Assembly (NCBI GenBank): GCA_963664405.1
Contig: OY761158.1
Coordinates: forward strand, 1,600,001 to 1,664,000
Reading direction: 5' to 3'
Source of the DNA: Thermoanaerobaculia bacterium
GTDB lineage: Bacteria; Acidobacteriota; Thermoanaerobaculia; Multivoradales; Multivoraceae
Length of the DNA stretch: 64,000 nucleotides
The position numbers and the translations under genes are program-made. The notes under the pieces are model-generated. The model worked only from the letters and a program-made list of their open reading frames with translations, was not told where the DNA came from and searched no databases. Every line of letters begins with the position of its first letter. The stretch's first letter is position 1. Below, one piece after another: positions 10,110 to 19,726 of this stretch.

Positions 10110-10614
10110 AGTCTTTGTCTAGTCCATGCCGGTGGAAGTATTCTCGCACCTCGTCACGATCCACGCTCTCGATACGAAGCAGCACACGAATGTCGGCGAG
10201 ATCCTGCAACCGCCGCGTCCGGTCGTTCCTATAGGCCGTGACCTTCATCGCTATGAGGTGCTCTGGCTTCGGCACCAAGGCTTTGCAGCCCGGAAAGACC
10301 AGACGTTCGCGGGCGTCGGCAAAGAGCTTGGCTTCGGTCTCGCCGCGAACGTAGATCAAGTCTACGCGGCCCCAGGCCGGGTCCGCGTGGAGGTGGTTCG
10401 AATAACCGGAGGAGCGATGCAGTGTCTCGTAGCCGAGAGACTCGAGATAGGCGACCACGGCATCCTGTTGGTCGAAGGGGACGATCAAGTCGAGATCGAA
10501 GGTCGTACGACCGCCCCCGTAGCTGTTCAATCCCCATCCACCGGCGACCGCACACCGGGAGCTCTGATGGTTGAGAAAGCTAGCGACAGCCTCGTGGACG
10601 CGAGTGTATTCCAT
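10084..10614 (-). CDS. Nucleotidyltransferase (AbiEii/DUF6036-like)
   Basis: VAGG, RTTFDLD, LIAMK, QDLADI. Confidence 0.75.
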   Translation of the reverse strand: MEYTRVHEAVASFLNHQSSRCAVAGGWGLNSYGGGRTTFDLDLIVPFDQQDAVVAYLESLGYETLHRSSGYSNHLHADPAWGRVDLIYVRGETEAKLFADARERLVFPGCKALVPKPEHLIAMKVTAYRNDRTRRLQDLADIRVLLRIESVDRDEVREYFHRHGLDKDYEEIHRSL

Positions 10615-10695
10615 GGCTCGTGCTTGAACAGTTTACCGGCCTCGACGACCGATCGCCCGTGCGCCACGTGCGACACAAACCTCCACCTGCGGCCC

Positions 10696-11436
10696 TCAGG
10701 AGAACGGCCGCAGCCTGTTCTCATTGAAGGAGGTGAACATCTCGTAGTCCTCGCTGCGAAAGAAGATGCGGCCGTTTGGCCCTCCTGGTGGCAGCTCGAC
10801 GATGAAGCGGGTGTGTGGATAGACCGCTTCTGGCGGCTGCATGCCTTCACTGGTGTTCAGCTGGGTGCGCGTCCCCCCGGGGATCAGACCGTGAACCAGC
10901 ACATCGTCCTGCCCGATCTTGCGCAGCTCGCGGGCCAACGACTTGGTCAGCACCGCGACTCCCGCCTTCGAGGAGCTGTATGCCGACAGCGTGCGCCGTC
11001 CCGCTTCGCCTTCTCTGGAGCAGACGTTGATGATACGGCCATGGCGGCGCTCGAGCATGCCGGGAAGCACGGCGTGGGTGCAGCGCGCCACTCCGCTCAG
11101 ATTGACGTCGATGACCGCCTTCCAGTCGGCGAACGGCCGATCAATGAGATCGCCCTGATTGGCGATACCTGCATTGTTGATCAGGACGTCGATCCTTCCA
11201 CCGATCGCCATAGCGGCGTCGGTCAGCCGCTTCACGTCCGCGTCCGAGGTGACGTCGCCGGTGACACAACGTATCCGGCCACCGCAGATCGCAGTGGTCT
11301 CCGCGAGGCCTGGCTCATCCAAGTCGAAACCGACCACGTCAGCGCCATCCGCAACGAAGCCGGTGCAAAGGGCGCGGCCGATACCACTCCCGGCCCCCGT
11401 AATGACGATCACTTTTCCACTCACACCTTCGCTCAT
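10696..11436 (-). CDS. SDR oxidoreductase
   Basis: TGAGSGIG, NNAG, YSSSK. Confidence 0.92.
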   Translation of the reverse strand: MSEGVSGKVIVITGAGSGIGRALCTGFVADGADVVGFDLDEPGLAETTAICGGRIRCVTGDVTSDADVKRLTDAAMAIGGRIDVLINNAGIANQGDLIDRPFADWKAVIDVNLSGVARCTHAVLPGMLERRHGRIINVCSREGEAGRRTLSAYSSSKAGVAVLTKSLARELRKIGQDDVLVHGLIPGGTRTQLNTSEGMQPPEAVYPHTRFIVELPPGGPNGRIFFRSEDYEMFTSFNENRLRPFS

Positions 11437-11475
11437 CGATTCCTCCGATAAGAGATCTGAAGCAGGAGACTCGAT

Positions 11476-12846
11476 CTATGACGTCTCCGAGCGCTCTGGC
11501 CCCTCGATCTCGAGACACTGCCGCTCCATCTCGCGACGGAAGAGTACCGCCTCGTCCGACGGAGAGGACTCGACGTCGTCCCAGCGCACAAGGCCCCCCT
11601 CCTCCACCTCTCGGATCAATCTAAGCCCTCGCGCAAGACCGATCGGGAGACAGCCCCGCTCGAGAGACGTTGTCGCCGGCAGCTGACGACCCCAGACGCT
11701 GAAGCCACCCTCACCGTCGAGGATCTCTCCGACTCTGAGAGCCCGCTTGGCGACTGCCACGACATCGGACCGGAAGGCGTCTGCGCACCCGGTCGGCTCC
11801 TGTCGGCAGGCGATCGAGGCAATTGAGATGCCGAGCTCCAGGCCGATGAAGTGGGCCGGCCGCCAGAGCGCGAAGTGCTCCTGCTCGCGATCAGCGGAAA
11901 AGCCGTACTCACCGAGGCAGCGGCGCACATAGTCGTGGTCGGCAGCGACAACGACATAGGTGCCCAGCGTGAGGTCGTCTTCGATCTTGGCGCCGTCCCG
12001 CCGCAACGAGGAGACCACCTCGGTAGTCCCAGACCGACTGAGCTGACCGCCCTTGGCCCGCGGCCGACACACCTCTGCCAGCTCCCGGCACGCCGCGGGC
12101 GGAAAGCCGAGCCCCTCTGCCTGGGGAACGAGGCCGGTGGCGTTGGCCACCGCAGTCATCTCGATCGCCGACTTCGAGCCATCGATGAAGCTGGTGAACA
12201 TCTGCGGGTTCATGCCACCTCTCGCGGCCACCTCGGCAGTGATCCCGAAAGCCTCCCAGACCGTCTCCGGAGTCGAATGATGAAAGCGCGGCAGGTAGCG
12301 GGTGCCTTTGCCGGCGCAGACGACTTCGAAGCCACAGGTACGGGCCCAGTCGACGTGTTCACAGATCAGGGCCGGCTGATCGCCCCAGGCAAGGCTGTAG
12401 ATCACCCCGGCCTCGGCCGCACGCCGGGCAAGAAGAGGGCCGGCCAAAGCGTCGGCCTCCACATTCACCATCACTACATGACGCCCGGCCGTGAACGCGG
12501 CCAGGGCGTGAGCGATGCCGGCCCGCGGGGAGCCCGTCGCCTCGACGAGAATGTCGAGATCCGGGGCCTCGATCAGAGCCTGGGTATCGTCGGTCAGCCA
12601 GGTGCCACCAGTGCGAAGAGCTGATTCGACGTCGGCAGCGCCGACCCGTTCCGTCGCCCAGCCGGTTGCCTCCAGTGCGAGACGAGCGCGCTCGGGCTCG
12701 AGGTCTGCGATCCCTACAATGTGTACCCCTGCCATCTTTCTGGCCTGAGCCAAAAACATCGCCCCGAACTTGCCGGCTCCAACCAGACCCACTCGTACCG
12801 GTTCACCTTTCGCCTCGCGCTCTCGCAGCGACCGGTACAAGCTCAT
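11476..12846 (-). CDS. Homoserine-dehydrogenase-like NAD(P) oxidoreductase with C-terminal SAF domain
   Basis: VGAGKFG, NVEADA, GDQP, DGSKSAIEM, LDGEGG. Confidence 0.82.
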   Translation of the reverse strand: MSLYRSLREREAKGEPVRVGLVGAGKFGAMFLAQARKMAGVHIVGIADLEPERARLALEATGWATERVGAADVESALRTGGTWLTDDTQALIEAPDLDILVEATGSPRAGIAHALAAFTAGRHVVMVNVEADALAGPLLARRAAEAGVIYSLAWGDQPALICEHVDWARTCGFEVVCAGKGTRYLPRFHHSTPETVWEAFGITAEVAARGGMNPQMFTSFIDGSKSAIEMTAVANATGLVPQAEGLGFPPAACRELAEVCRPRAKGGQLSRSGTTEVVSSLRRDGAKIEDDLTLGTYVVVAADHDYVRRCLGEYGFSADREQEHFALWRPAHFIGLELGISIASIACRQEPTGCADAFRSDVVAVAKRALRVGEILDGEGGFSVWGRQLPATTSLERGCLPIGLARGLRLIREVEEGGLVRWDDVESSPSDEAVLFRREMERQCLEIEGPERSETS

Positions 12847-12968
12847 GCACCGATCATAGCCGGGAGGGATGAAGGGACAAGCCTCGACATCCGCCAGCGT
12901 CAGATATGCTCACCCGACTAGGGCCAATTCATCAGCCTCCCTCTCACCTCTCTTTCAAGGAGTCATCG

Positions 12969-13733
12969 ATGGCGTACGAACGTTCGCTCTCCCTTCTTCC
13001 GGCTGTCGTCCTGCTTGTCGGCGGTGCTCTCGCCGCATCTCCATCTGCGGCCGATGTCTATGAGCTGCGGACATACACGACAAACGAAGGCAAGCTGGAC
13101 GCACTCAATGCCCGTTTCCGTGATCACACGGTGCGGCTGTTCGAGAAGCACGGGATCGAGTCGGTTGGCTACTGGGTTCCGACCGACGAAGAGCGGTCGA
13201 AGAACACCTTGATCTACGTCATCAAGCACAAGAGCCGCGACGCTGCGAAGGCATCTTGGAAGGCGTTTCTCGCCGACCCCGAATGGAAGAAGGCGGCAAA
13301 GGAATCGGGAGTCGGGGCTCTGGCGAACCCGCCGGTGTCGGTCTTCGCGGAGGCTACTGACTTCTCACCAGCATGGAAGAACGAAAAGACAGACGGAGAG
13401 GCCGCTTTCGAGCTGCGGATCTACCGCTGCAACGAAGGAGAGCTGGGCAATCTCGACGCACGGTTTCGAGACCACACCATAGGTATCTTCGATCGTTTCG
13501 GCATGCGCTCAGTCGCCTATTGGCATCCCACCGACGAGCCAGACTCGAAGGACACCCTGATCTACCTTCTGCGCCACGACTCCCGTGAAGCGGGGACTGC
13601 CTCGTGGAAGGCCTTCGGAGCTGACGAGGAATGGAAGAAGGTCGCTGTCGAATCGCAGAAGGACGGCAGGTTTCTTCGCGAGCGCCCAGAGTCGATCTAT
13701 ATGAAGGCAACCGACTACTCGGCGATCCAGTAG
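12969..13733 (+). CDS. Secreted tandem NIPSNAP-domain protein
   Basis: Two (Y/F)ELRxY...RFRDHT repeats; ATG 12969 after AAGGAG; signal peptide. Confidence 0.85.
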   Translation: MAYERSLSLLPAVVLLVGGALAASPSAADVYELRTYTTNEGKLDALNARFRDHTVRLFEKHGIESVGYWVPTDEERSKNTLIYVIKHKSRDAAKASWKAFLADPEWKKAAKESGVGALANPPVSVFAEATDFSPAWKNEKTDGEAAFELRIYRCNEGELGNLDARFRDHTIGIFDRFGMRSVAYWHPTDEPDSKDTLIYLLRHDSREAGTASWKAFGADEEWKKVAVESQKDGRFLRERPESIYMKATDYSAIQ

Positions 13734-13763
13734 ACATGTCGGAGTGGCTCCGACCGGGGCCGA

Positions 13764-14111
13764 CTACAGACCCAGATGGAGGCGAAGGGCGTCTTCCAGG
13801 TCGGACATGAGCGACGGCGGAAGCTGGCCAACTCGTCCGCCCACCCTTTCGATCGCTATCGAGCGTACCTGCTCCGCTTGCGCCTTGGAGTCGCGGGACA
13901 ATCCGCATTCCGCAGCGGGCAGCCTCACCTGGAAGGGATATATCCGGGTCACGTTCGAGGTTACCGGCACCACAGTGATGATGCCGCGACCGAGTCGAGA
14001 GGCCGTGGCGTTGGCGCCATCGTTACTAACGATCACCGCCGGCCGGCTCTTCTTCACCTCGGACCCTCGCGCTGGAGCGAGATCGACAACACGAAGCTCA
14101 CCGCGGAGCAT
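13764..14111 (-). CDS. mazF: PemK/MazF toxin
   Basis: RGSEVKKSRPAVIVSND, VVPVTS, SKAQAEQVRSI; TGATG coupling with antitoxin. Confidence 0.9.
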   Translation of the reverse strand: MLRGELRVVDLAPARGSEVKKSRPAVIVSNDGANATASRLGRGIITVVPVTSNVTRIYPFQVRLPAAECGLSRDSKAQAEQVRSIAIERVGGRVGQLPPSLMSDLEDALRLHLGL

Positions 14112-14344
14112 CACCGCTCCTCGACCTGCGGATCGAGCCCATCGCCACTCACCGCCTCCCACAGACTCGCATCGCCGGCTTCCCACTCTTCCCATGCCTG
14201 CGCGTAGGCGGGACCGAGCTCGGTTGCACGCAACAGGCGAACCGCCTGTTGAAGGACAGCAGACCGAGAACGGGCCCCTACGTTGCGAGCATAGTCGTCG
14301 AGAAACTCGATGTCCTCCTCGGGTAGACTCACACTCAACTTCAT
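14111..14344 (-). CDS. RHH antitoxin (MazE9-like)
   Basis: MKLSVSLPEEDIEFLD...SRSAVLQQAV. Confidence 0.85.
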   Translation of the reverse strand: MKLSVSLPEEDIEFLDDYARNVGARSRSAVLQQAVRLLRATELGPAYAQAWEEWEAGDASLWEAVSGDGLDPQVEER

Positions 14345-14351
14345 ACCTTTA

Positions 14352-14369
14352 TGCTACCACTAGGTAGCA
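14352..14369. promoter_or_regulatory. Palindromic operator of the mazEF module
   Basis: TGCTACC-acta-GGTAGCA just upstream of the antitoxin start. Confidence 0.6.
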
Positions 14370-14460
14370 ACAAGATAGCAACACGCCACGGTCCAGCTGT
14401 TCTTCTGACTCCATGGTGTAGGCTCTGCGGCCTATGACTCGAAAAAGGGGAGAGACCGTG

Positions 14461-16161
14461 ATGGCAATGCTCCGCGTCCGCGCCCTAGACCAGCGTTTCC
14501 AAAGTTCGTGCTGCATAGCTCGAGGTCATTCTGTTCGCTGGCCAGGCGCGCCGACGCAGGCATATTGGGCAATATGTCGAGGAGGCGAAACGCCGCCAGC
14601 GGGCAGAAGGGGCCGAGATATGTGCGCGAACTTTGGAAGCGCTGGTCTAGTACTCGTTCTGGGGTTGATCTCGGCGCTCGGCTGTCAACCTGCGGAACAA
14701 CCCACGGAGACGGGCGCCCCTCCCGCGGCGGCGGTGGCGGCCGCGCCGAATATCATCGTCATCCTCGCCGACGATCTCGGCTATGGCGACATCGGAGCCT
14801 ACGGTTCCCAGATCCCGACCCCCAACATCGACCAGCTGGCGCGGGACGGCGTTCGGCTGACCTCCGGCCATGTTTCGGCAGCGGTATGCAGCCCGACACG
14901 CGCCGGCCTCCACACCGGCCGCTACCAGAATCGCTTCGGTTGGGAGTACAACCCCTTCTACTTCAGCGGCGCCGACAGAGGTCCCGATGCCGACCTCGGT
15001 CTTCCTCTCGACCAGGCCACACTCGCCAACCTCTTTCAGGATGCCGGCTACACCACCGGCCTGATCGGCAAGTGGCATCTCGGTGTGGCTGAGCAGTACC
15101 ACCCGATGAACCGTGGCTTCGACGAGTTTTACGGAATCCTGGGAGGCGGTACCAGCTACATCGACTCCCGCCTTCCCGGCACTCACGAGTGGCCCGAGGA
15201 GGGTGCCCCGACCACCCGCAGCGGAGACTCGCGCGTCATCCGCGACGGCTTCGAGGTGATCGAGGTCGAGGAGTACCTGACCGACGTCTTCGCCGAGAAG
15301 GCGGTCGACTTCATCGATCGCCATGCGGACGAGCGCTTCCTACTGATGCTGACGCCGAATACCCCACACACGCCCCTTCAGGCGACGGACGAGTACATGG
15401 AGCGGGTGCAGCACATCGAGGGAGAGGGCGCACGCCTCTACGCCGCGATGGTGGTCTCACTCGACGATTACGTCGGTGATGTCGTCGCCGCCCTACGCAA
15501 GCACGACCTTGAGCGCGACACGATCGTCGTCTTTCTCTCCGACAACGGCTGCATCAACTACATGAGCGAGCCGATCTGCACCAACGCCCCCCTGGCTGGC
15601 AACAAGCGCTTCCACCTCGAAGGGGGCCATCGCGTTCCTTTCATCGTCAAATGGCCGGCAGGCCTTCCTCAGGGCGAGGTCTACGATGAGCACGCGATCG
15701 CTCTCGACCTCTACGCGACCTTCGCAGCTGCCAGCGGTCTCGAAGCCAGCTCTCCCGACAGCGTGAACCTGCTTCCCCATCTACGTGGTGAGGCCTCCGA
15801 ACCGCCACACGAGTTCCTCTACTGGCGCGCGGCACCCAACATCGCGATCCTGTGGGGGAAGTGGAAGATGTGGAAGGTCAACAACACCGATCTCGAGATC
15901 CCTCCGGGGCCGCCGGGCCAACAAGTACCGCTGCAGGAATGGCCACCCCACTCTTCGCCCCTAGGCCAGGCCACGGTTCTCTATGACCTTTCCACCGACA
16001 TCGGCGAGACCACGAATGTCGCCGACCAGCATCCCGAGATCGTCGAGCGTCTGGAGAGCGAGCTCGAAGCGTGGGAGGAGACGCTCTCCGAGCCACTCTG
16101 GGTCAACCGCCGCTCGACCTTGCATGAACTGCACGGTCAGACTGTGCACCTCTTCTTCTAA
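14461..16161 (+). CDS. Lipoprotein sulfatase with 54-aa in-frame repeat insertion in its signal peptide
   Basis: ADDLG, CSPTRA, GKWHLG; ALGC lipobox; tandem paralog follows. Confidence 0.88.
   Translation: MAMLRVRALDQRFQSSCCIARGHSVRWPGAPTQAYWAICRGGETPPAGRRGRDMCANFGSAGLVLVLGLISALGCQPAEQPTETGAPPAAAVAAAPNIIVILADDLGYGDIGAYGSQIPTPNIDQLARDGVRLTSGHVSAAVCSPTRAGLHTGRYQNRFGWEYNPFYFSGADRGPDADLGLPLDQATLANLFQDAGYTTGLIGKWHLGVAEQYHPMNRGFDEFYGILGGGTSYIDSRLPGTHEWPEEGAPTTRSGDSRVIRDGFEVIEVEEYLTDVFAEKAVDFIDRHADERFLLMLTPNTPHTPLQATDEYMERVQHIEGEGARLYAAMVVSLDDYVGDVVAALRKHDLERDTIVVFLSDNGCINYMSEPICTNAPLAGNKRFHLEGGHRVPFIVKWPAGLPQGEVYDEHAIALDLYATFAAASGLEASSPDSVNLLPHLRGEASEPPHEFLYWRAAPNIAILWGKWKMWKVNNTDLEIPPGPPGQQVPLQEWPPHSSPLGQATVLYDLSTDIGETTNVADQHPEIVERLESELEAWEETLSEPLWVNRRSTLHELHGQTVHLFF
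14485..14650. mobile_element. Family A element copy 2 (in frame in sulfatase)
   Basis: 166 bp, CTAG ends, near-identical to 9741..9906. Confidence 0.92.
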
Positions 16162-16165
16162 GGGG

Positions 16166-17707
16166 ATGGCGATGAGATCTCAGTTGCGCCGAGCTCTTGT
16201 GCTCTGTCTGGGACTACTCTCGATCATCGGCTGCCAGTCTCCCCAGGAGCCGATAGAAACCGGCGCGCCCCCGGCGCTGGGCGCGCCGACCGCCCCCAAT
16301 ATCATCGTCATCGTGGCCGACGACCTCGGCTACGGTGACATCGGCGTCTTCGGATCGGAGACCATCCCGACCCCCCACATCGACGCGCTGGCACGCGACG
16401 GCGTGCAGTTGACCGCGGGCTACGTTTCCGGAGCGGTGTGCAGTCCCACTCGGGCCGGGCTCCACACCGGGCGCTACCAGAACCGCTTCGGCTACGAGTA
16501 CAACCCCACCGCCAACTATGTGAGGGGGGCCGACGCGGAGCTCGGTCTGCCCGAGGATCAGACGACGATCGCCAATCTCTTTCAAGACGCCGGTTACACC
16601 ACCGGTCTCATCGGCAAGTGGCATCTCGGCATCCGCGAGCCCTACCATCCGCTCAACCGCGGCTTCGACGAGTTCTACGGGATTCGGGGCGGCGCCACGA
16701 GCTATATCGACTCACGGCTTCCGGGGGTGCATTCGTTCCCGGCGGAGGGCGCCCCGACCGAGCGTACCGGGTATGAGCGCGCCATCATCGACGGCCGCGA
16801 AGAGGTGGACGTCCCCGAGTACCTGACCGACGTCTTCGCCGAGAAGGCGGTGGACTTCATCGACCGCCACGCGGACGAGCGCTTTCTCTTGATGCTGACG
16901 CCGAACACTCCCCACACGCCGATCCAGGCGACCGACGAGTACGTCGAGCGAGTCAAGCACATCGAAGAAGAGGGCGCGCGCATCTATGCCGCGATGGTCG
17001 TCTCTCTCGACGACTATGTCGGCGACGTCGTCGCCGCCCTGCGCCGGCACGATCTCGAGCGCGACACACTCATCGTCTTTCACTCCGACAACGGCTGCAT
17101 CAACTACATTGGCGAAGTGATCTGCACCAATGCTCCGCTGTCTGGCGGCAAGCGCTACCACCTCGAAGGAGGCATCCGTGTGCCTTTCATCATCAAGTGG
17201 CCCGCGGGTCTGCCGCAGGGCGCGGTCTACGAAGAACCGGTGATCGCTCTCGACACCTACTCGACCGCGGCCGCCGCCGCTGGCCTCGACGCCAGTACTC
17301 CCGACAGCGTCAACCTCCTTCCCTATCTCCGTGGCGAGACCTCCGAAGCACCGCACGAGTTCCTCTACTGGCGCTCCGCTCCCAACCACGCGATCCGTTG
17401 GGGGAAGTGGAAGATGTGGAAGGTCAACAACACCGATCTGGCCTTCGGCGATCCTCCGCCTCCCGGTCGGTTACTGCCCGAAGTGGACTACCCGATCGAG
17501 TCCCCCCATGGGCAGACGACGGTTCTCTACGACCTCTCGGCCGATGTCAGCGAGCAGCAGAATCTCGCCGACCAGCACCCCGAGATCGTCGAGCGCCTGG
17601 AGGCCGAGCTCGAAGCCTGGGCCTCCGAGCTCGCCGAGCCGATGTGGACCAGCCGCCGCGCGACTCTCGACGACCTCCACGGCCAGACCGTTCAGCTCTT
17701 CTTCTAG
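16166..17707 (+). CDS. Lipoprotein sulfatase (tandem paralog)
   Basis: IIGC lipobox, ADDLG, CSPTRA; ATG at 16166. Confidence 0.9.
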   Translation: MAMRSQLRRALVLCLGLLSIIGCQSPQEPIETGAPPALGAPTAPNIIVIVADDLGYGDIGVFGSETIPTPHIDALARDGVQLTAGYVSGAVCSPTRAGLHTGRYQNRFGYEYNPTANYVRGADAELGLPEDQTTIANLFQDAGYTTGLIGKWHLGIREPYHPLNRGFDEFYGIRGGATSYIDSRLPGVHSFPAEGAPTERTGYERAIIDGREEVDVPEYLTDVFAEKAVDFIDRHADERFLLMLTPNTPHTPIQATDEYVERVKHIEEEGARIYAAMVVSLDDYVGDVVAALRRHDLERDTLIVFHSDNGCINYIGEVICTNAPLSGGKRYHLEGGIRVPFIIKWPAGLPQGAVYEEPVIALDTYSTAAAAAGLDASTPDSVNLLPYLRGETSEAPHEFLYWRSAPNHAIRWGKWKMWKVNNTDLAFGDPPPPGRLLPEVDYPIESPHGQTTVLYDLSADVSEQQNLADQHPEIVERLEAELEAWASELAEPMWTSRRATLDDLHGQTVQLFF

Positions 17708-17908
17708 CTTTCGTATAGTTTTCGAAAATGATCGCTATCATTTCCGAAATCTAGTTGCTGTTTGGCGCCGAGGACGGCGCACTCGTGCGTTGCTTCCTAT
17801 TCGCTCCGGAAAACGGCGCGGGCCGATTCGGGGGTCTTAGGGCCGGACGCCCACGTCCCTCGGAGCGAATAGGAAACAGCGCCTGAAAGCTAACTAGTTG
17901 TTGTCTAG
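17704..17908. repeat. Family B repeat copy
   Basis: AAATGATCGCTATCATTT hairpin plus TTTGGCGCCGAGGACGGCGCACT..CCTATTCGCTCCG, with inverted CGGAGCGAATAGG. Confidence 0.85.
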
Positions 17909-17992
17909 CCTCGGCTGATACGCCTCGTCCAAGGGGCGACAATTTGGGTGTTATAAGCTCGACGCCAACTCTTTTCAGGAGGAGCGGAAACG

Positions 17993-18997
17993 GTGGAGCG
18001 AATCTCAGGACTCTCGATCACCTTCTTTGTTGCGGCCTGCGCCGCCCCACCGGAAGCCGACCTCGACGACATACTAGGGGCGACGCCACCCGACTTGTCG
18101 GCTTACCAGAAATACGAGATCGAGTCCTCAGCCGAGGGCAACCTACAAGTCACTTTCCTCGGCGTCGCCACCCTGCTCTTCGACGACGGAGAGACGGCGA
18201 TCATGACCGACGGCTACTTCACTCGCATCAGCCGCGAGCAGATGGCTCTGGGCGATCCGATCGCGCCGGATCAAGCTTTGGTCGCGGCAGGTTTACAACG
18301 CGTCGGGGTCGATCGACTCGCCGCCGTCATGACGGTGCATTCGCACTTCGATCACTCTCTGGACACCCCGGTCGTCGCGAAGCTCACCGGCGCCACCGTC
18401 GTCGGCTCGCGCTCCACCGCGAACATCGCCCGCGGTTGGGGACTCGACGAGACGCAGATCAAAGAAGTCGTGAACGGGGACTCAATGCGTTTCGGTGACT
18501 TCGAAGTGACCTTCATCCAGTCGAAGCACTACGCGCTCCCCGCAGCCGCTGCCACCTCGATCGGCAAAGAGATCCTCTCGCCCCTGGTGCCGCCACAGCC
18601 GACCACCGCCTATGTCGAAGGCGGCAGTTACTCCATCCTGATCGACCATCCCGTACAGAGCTTTCTGGTGCAGGGCAGCGCGGGGTCCCTGCCGGGCGCC
18701 TTGGACGCCTATTCCGCGGACATAGTCCTGCTCGGCATCGGCGGCCTGGGGCGCATGGAGCGGGACTACAAGGAAGGCTATTGGCGAGACGTGGTCGAGG
18801 CTGTAGATGCGAAGGTCGTAATTCCGATTCACTTCGACGACTTCACTCGCTCCGCCACTGCACCCCTCGGTGCGATGCCCGATGTGCCGCAGGCTTTCGA
18901 CTTTCTGATCGACAAGGCGGGTGAGGCCAATGTGGAGTTTGCGCTGCTGCCCTACTACCTACCCGCGGCGCCCCGTCCGTCCCAGACCGCCCCTTGA
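17993..18997 (+). CDS. MBL-fold metallo-hydrolase, probable lipoprotein
   Basis: HSHFDH, IPIHFDDF. Confidence 0.85.
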   Translation: MERISGLSITFFVAACAAPPEADLDDILGATPPDLSAYQKYEIESSAEGNLQVTFLGVATLLFDDGETAIMTDGYFTRISREQMALGDPIAPDQALVAAGLQRVGVDRLAAVMTVHSHFDHSLDTPVVAKLTGATVVGSRSTANIARGWGLDETQIKEVVNGDSMRFGDFEVTFIQSKHYALPAAAATSIGKEILSPLVPPQPTTAYVEGGSYSILIDHPVQSFLVQGSAGSLPGALDAYSADIVLLGIGGLGRMERDYKEGYWRDVVEAVDAKVVIPIHFDDFTRSATAPLGAMPDVPQAFDFLIDKAGEANVEFALLPYYLPAAPRPSQTAP

Positions 18998-19353
18998 TAG
19001 GCGTCCTGGATCGCCCGGTCTCGAGTCAGCAGCGGCACATCGTTGATCACCGCATGGCTGACGATGATGCGGTCGAATGGATCGCGAGTCCAATTCTGAT
19101 CACGAGCGGTGGTCGCCACCTGCTCGAAGGGCAAGTCGCATACGACCAGGCCCAAGGGCGCCCGCAGAGTAGCTAGAACTTCTTCAGCCGGCTTCCCGGT
19201 CCGTCCGATCTCATACAGATACTGAAGCTCCAGCCCCACCATCGGAGAGATCAACAGTTCATTGCCTTCGATCAGAGAACGGGCAAGGGCCGGTATCAGA
19301 TCGACGCGGCCGGCGTAGAGCCAGGCGACAACGTGGGTGTCGAGATAGATCAA
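18955..19353 (-). CDS. PIN toxin
   Basis: IYLDTHVVAW, RDPFDRII, TRD; TTG start overlaps antitoxin stop. Confidence 0.88.
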   Translation of the reverse strand: MIYLDTHVVAWLYAGRVDLIPALARSLIEGNELLISPMVGLELQYLYEIGRTGKPAEEVLATLRAPLGLVVCDLPFEQVATTARDQNWTRDPFDRIIVSHAVINDVPLLTRDRAIQDAYQGAVWDGRGAAGR

Positions 19354-19571
19354 GGCTTCCAGGCTTCCGACCAATCGATGTCGAGAAGATCTTCGGGCTC
19401 AGCGAGCAGATAGTCACGAGGCTCGAGCCGGTCGAGCTTGGCACGCCGCTCAAGCGGTACGACTCGTAGGATCTGACCGCGACGCTCCACCTCGAGTGGA
19501 ATGCCGGTCTCGAGAACTTGGTCGAGGAGGCGGTAGATGTCCTGTCGAAGGCTCGATGCTGTGACTGTCAT
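19350..19571 (-). CDS. Phd/YefM-type antitoxin
   Basis: TASSLRQDIYRLLDQV; GTAC-rich palindromes upstream (19612..19648). Confidence 0.8.
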   Translation of the reverse strand: MTVTASSLRQDIYRLLDQVLETGIPLEVERRGQILRVVPLERRAKLDRLEPRDYLLAEPEDLLDIDWSEAWKP

Positions 19572-19726
19572 AGCGGCTCCCCTTGTCTCTCTCTCAAAGC
19601 TATCCCACGAACGATACGTACGTCAATATACAGAACGTACGTACGTACCCTAGATCACTACTCTCACGCTAAGGTCCGCCGTACACTCGGGACTCCAGCA
19701 ACAGAAAGGAAGAGGCTGGCAATCTT

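Noticed and set aside
14485-14650. Intein or group I/II intron
   Set aside because: No C/S...HN intein ends, used in three different frames, too short, and no intron catalytic motifs recognised
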